Assembly: GCA_035622335.1 (NCBI GenBank)
Contig: DASPVO010000004.1
Span: 1,657 to 65,656, forward strand
DNA length: 64,000 bases
Direction of reading: 5' to 3'
Source: Nitrososphaerales archaeon
GTDB lineage: Archaea; Thermoproteota; Nitrososphaeria; Nitrososphaerales; Gagatemarchaeaceae
Part shown: in pieces, positions 62,392 through 64,000 of the stretch
Layout: each line of letters begins with the position of its first letter
How positions within the stretch are numbered: the first letter of the stretch is position 1
Made by a program: the position numbers and the translations under genes
The notes under the pieces: generated by a model
Databases searched by the model: none
What the model was told of the DNA's origin: nothing
What the model saw: only the letters and a program-made list of their open reading frames with translations

Positions 62392-63192
62392 CTACCCGAA
62401 CAGCGTCTGCTGCGTCGTCCCTTCGCTCTTCCACTCGAGCTCCATCATCCCCAAGAGCCTTCTGAATTCGTTCGCAGACTCTGGGCTGAAGCCTGCGAAG
62501 TGGTTGTTGAAGAAGATGAATGCGTCTTCAACTTTGTCAGAAGCGTCTTTGACCGAACCCGACCACTTCTTCATCTCCTCCGTCCTGTCTCTCTGCTTTC
62601 CGGTGAACTCGGTTATCGCCCTGTCTCCGACCATCCTCACGTAGATGAAATCCGCGGTCAGCTCGGGCGGCGTCTCGACGTACTGGTTGAGAGCCCAGAT
62701 CATGGCCAAGTTGTTCTTCCTCAGCAGCTCGTAAGTCTCGGGCGCGAACCAGGATTTGTGCCTGAACTCGATTGCGTGTCTGAACTTGGGGTCCAGGAGC
62801 GAGACGAAGTCCTTCATGGCGTTCCAGTGTGTGGAGACCTTGACTGAAGGGGGAAGCTGAATCGCTATCGGTCCGAACTTGCTCCCCATCTTGCTCATCA
62901 CGCTGTAGAAGTAAGCGAGCTGCCCCTGAGAATTGAGAAGCTTGTTTTCATGTGTTATCTTCTTCGGGAGCTTTGGCGAGAAGAGGAAGCCGTCTGGGGT
63001 CCCCGTCCTCCATGCGCTTATCATCGAGGCGTTGGGCACCCTGTAGAAGCTGGAGTCGATTTCGACGCAGTCGAAGACCTTGGAGTAGAACTTCAGATAG
63101 TCTCTCTGCGGCAGGTCCTTCGGGTAGAAGATGCCAGCCCAGTCCTTGTAAGACCAGCCGCTGCAGCCTACGCGGAACTTTGCATCTGCCAA
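62392..63192 (-). CDS. DUF72 (UPF0759) family protein
   Basis: FRVGCSGWSYKDWAGIFYP...FDCVEIDSSFYR...IEFRHKSW. Start guessed at TTG 63192; the maximal ORF reaches 63252. Confidence 0.8.
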   Translation of the reverse strand: MADAKFRVGCSGWSYKDWAGIFYPKDLPQRDYLKFYSKVFDCVEIDSSFYRVPNASMISAWRTGTPDGFLFSPKLPKKITHENKLLNSQGQLAYFYSVMSKMGSKFGPIAIQLPPSVKVSTHWNAMKDFVSLLDPKFRHAIEFRHKSWFAPETYELLRKNNLAMIWALNQYVETPPELTADFIYVRMVGDRAITEFTGKQRDRTEEMKKWSGSVKDASDKVEDAFIFFNNHFAGFSPESANEFRRLLGMMELEWKSEGTTQQTLFG

Positions 63193-63295
63193 CGAGAACA
63201 GCGCGAGCCGCGGTGATAAAAAGCTGGCCAGAATTGCACCGTTGAGGCCCAAGATTTATATGAACGCGAACGGGCCTCGTTCAAGGAAAACCGTA

Positions 63296-63844
63296 ATGTC
63301 TCAGGGAAACGCAGACATCAGGCAGACGGTAGAGGACAACAGGGGGAGCCTCAAGAAGCTTCAACTGATCATCCCCGGACTGAGGGGATACAGGGAGAAA
63401 GAAGACATCCGCGTCTCGGATGAGCTGCTGAGGAACCAGATGGCGGACAAGTTGGACGGGGCGAAGAGCAACCTCGAGACGGTTAGGAAGCAGCTCGCCT
63501 CTGCCAACGACTTCACGAACCTCACGAGCCTGGGATCAGTCATCTGGCAGATTCAATCTGTGAGCGGCGAGGTCAGGCACGCTGCGCAGGGCTACTCAGG
63601 GTGGGTCGCCCCGATAACGATCAACGAAGACAAGCTGAACAAACTCTACGACTACGATTATGACTTTGTCAGTTCGGTGCTCCAGCTGGAGACGAGCACG
63701 TCGCCATCGAACGTCAAGTATGACCCGGCGTCTCCAAACGCGATACAATCTACGATCAACCAGCTGACGCAGACGATCGCGGAAATCAAGCAGAAGTGGT
63801 CGACCAGGATGGAAGCGATTGAAGGAATCGCGATTCAGCAATAG
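63296..63844 (+). CDS. hypothetical helical (coiled-coil-like) protein
   Basis: ATG 63296 lies ~35 nt after a TTTATAT box (63255-61). Helix-rich sequence, no family recognised. Confidence 0.5.
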   Translation: MSQGNADIRQTVEDNRGSLKKLQLIIPGLRGYREKEDIRVSDELLRNQMADKLDGAKSNLETVRKQLASANDFTNLTSLGSVIWQIQSVSGEVRHAAQGYSGWVAPITINEDKLNKLYDYDYDFVSSVLQLETSTSPSNVKYDPASPNAIQSTINQLTQTIAEIKQKWSTRMEAIEGIAIQQ

Positions 63845-63854
63845 GTGATTGGAC

Positions 63855-64000
63855 GTGGTATTTGGGAAGAAACAGGATCAGAGCGGAATTCCCGCCACCG
63901 GCGGAAGCCTGCTTGGATCCACGACGATAGTGTGGGAGGACCAGTTCAAGCAGGACAACGTTCTGTGGAAGGTCCCCAGAAACATTCGATTGAACGACAA
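63855..64000 (+). CDS. SPFH/band-7 protein of the YdjI-like type; N-terminal fragment, continues beyond the window
   Basis: From GTG 63855: VVFGKKQDQSG...TTIVWEDQFKQDNVLWKVPRNIRLND resembles the N-terminus of COG4260-type SPFH proteins (recollection). Confidence 0.45.
   Translation, partial: MVFGKKQDQSGIPATGGSLLGSTTIVWEDQFKQDNVLWKVPRNIRLND

Noticed and set aside
1-64000. CRISPR arrays, rRNA genes, transposases/IS elements, integrases
   Set aside because: I found no regularly spaced direct repeats, no rRNA-like conserved stretches, and no DDE or tyrosine-recombinase-like ORFs. The only mobile-element-like gene is the LAGLIDADG ORF.

Overview
This 64-kb window is a gene-dense chromosomal segment of an archaeon. 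My hand-sampled G+C is about 60-65% in typical genes. I call about 80 genes. Many adjacent genes share 4-nt start/stop overlaps, and some have TATA-like boxes ~25 nt upstream of the start codon. Most of the content is housekeeping. Translation: PheRS alpha/beta, TrpRS, aIF-1A, Pelota, MetAP, NAC, HflX, AlaX. tRNA/rRNA modification: NcsA/TtuA, Trm112, aTrm56, TiaS, QueC/QueE, Tsr3, a PUA protein. Replication and repair: DnaG, Mre11-Rad50, NreA, two 3-methyladenine glycosylases, a Y-family polymerase. Also present are A-type ATP synthase subunits (H-F-E and A-B-D blocks), a class II B12-dependent RNR, TFE and a CdvB/ESCRT-III homologue. The ORF track cannot show the RNA genes: an RNase P RNA (37441-37733), an intron-containing tRNA-Trp, and a tRNA-Pro(UGG) that appears to carry three insertions. 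CdvB together with a multi-intron tRNA suggests a TACK/Thermoproteota-like lineage; this is inference only. The most notable observations are: (1) a wHTH + ATP-cone + NrdD-like protein without a glycyl-radical tail, directly upstream of nrdJ, which is a candidate nucleotide-sensing regulator; (2) the triple-insertion tRNA-Pro; (3) two conserved genes (atpB, trm56) whose conserved N-termini lie upstream of any ATG/GTG/TTG, implying near-cognate (CUG/AUA) initiation; (4) an indoleamine-2,3-dioxygenase homologue; (5) a free-standing LAGLIDADG gene in a low-GC pocket; (6) several small Cys-rich/zinc-ribbon ORFs below the ORF-track cutoff. I saw no CRISPR array, rRNA gene, transposase or obvious defence island.
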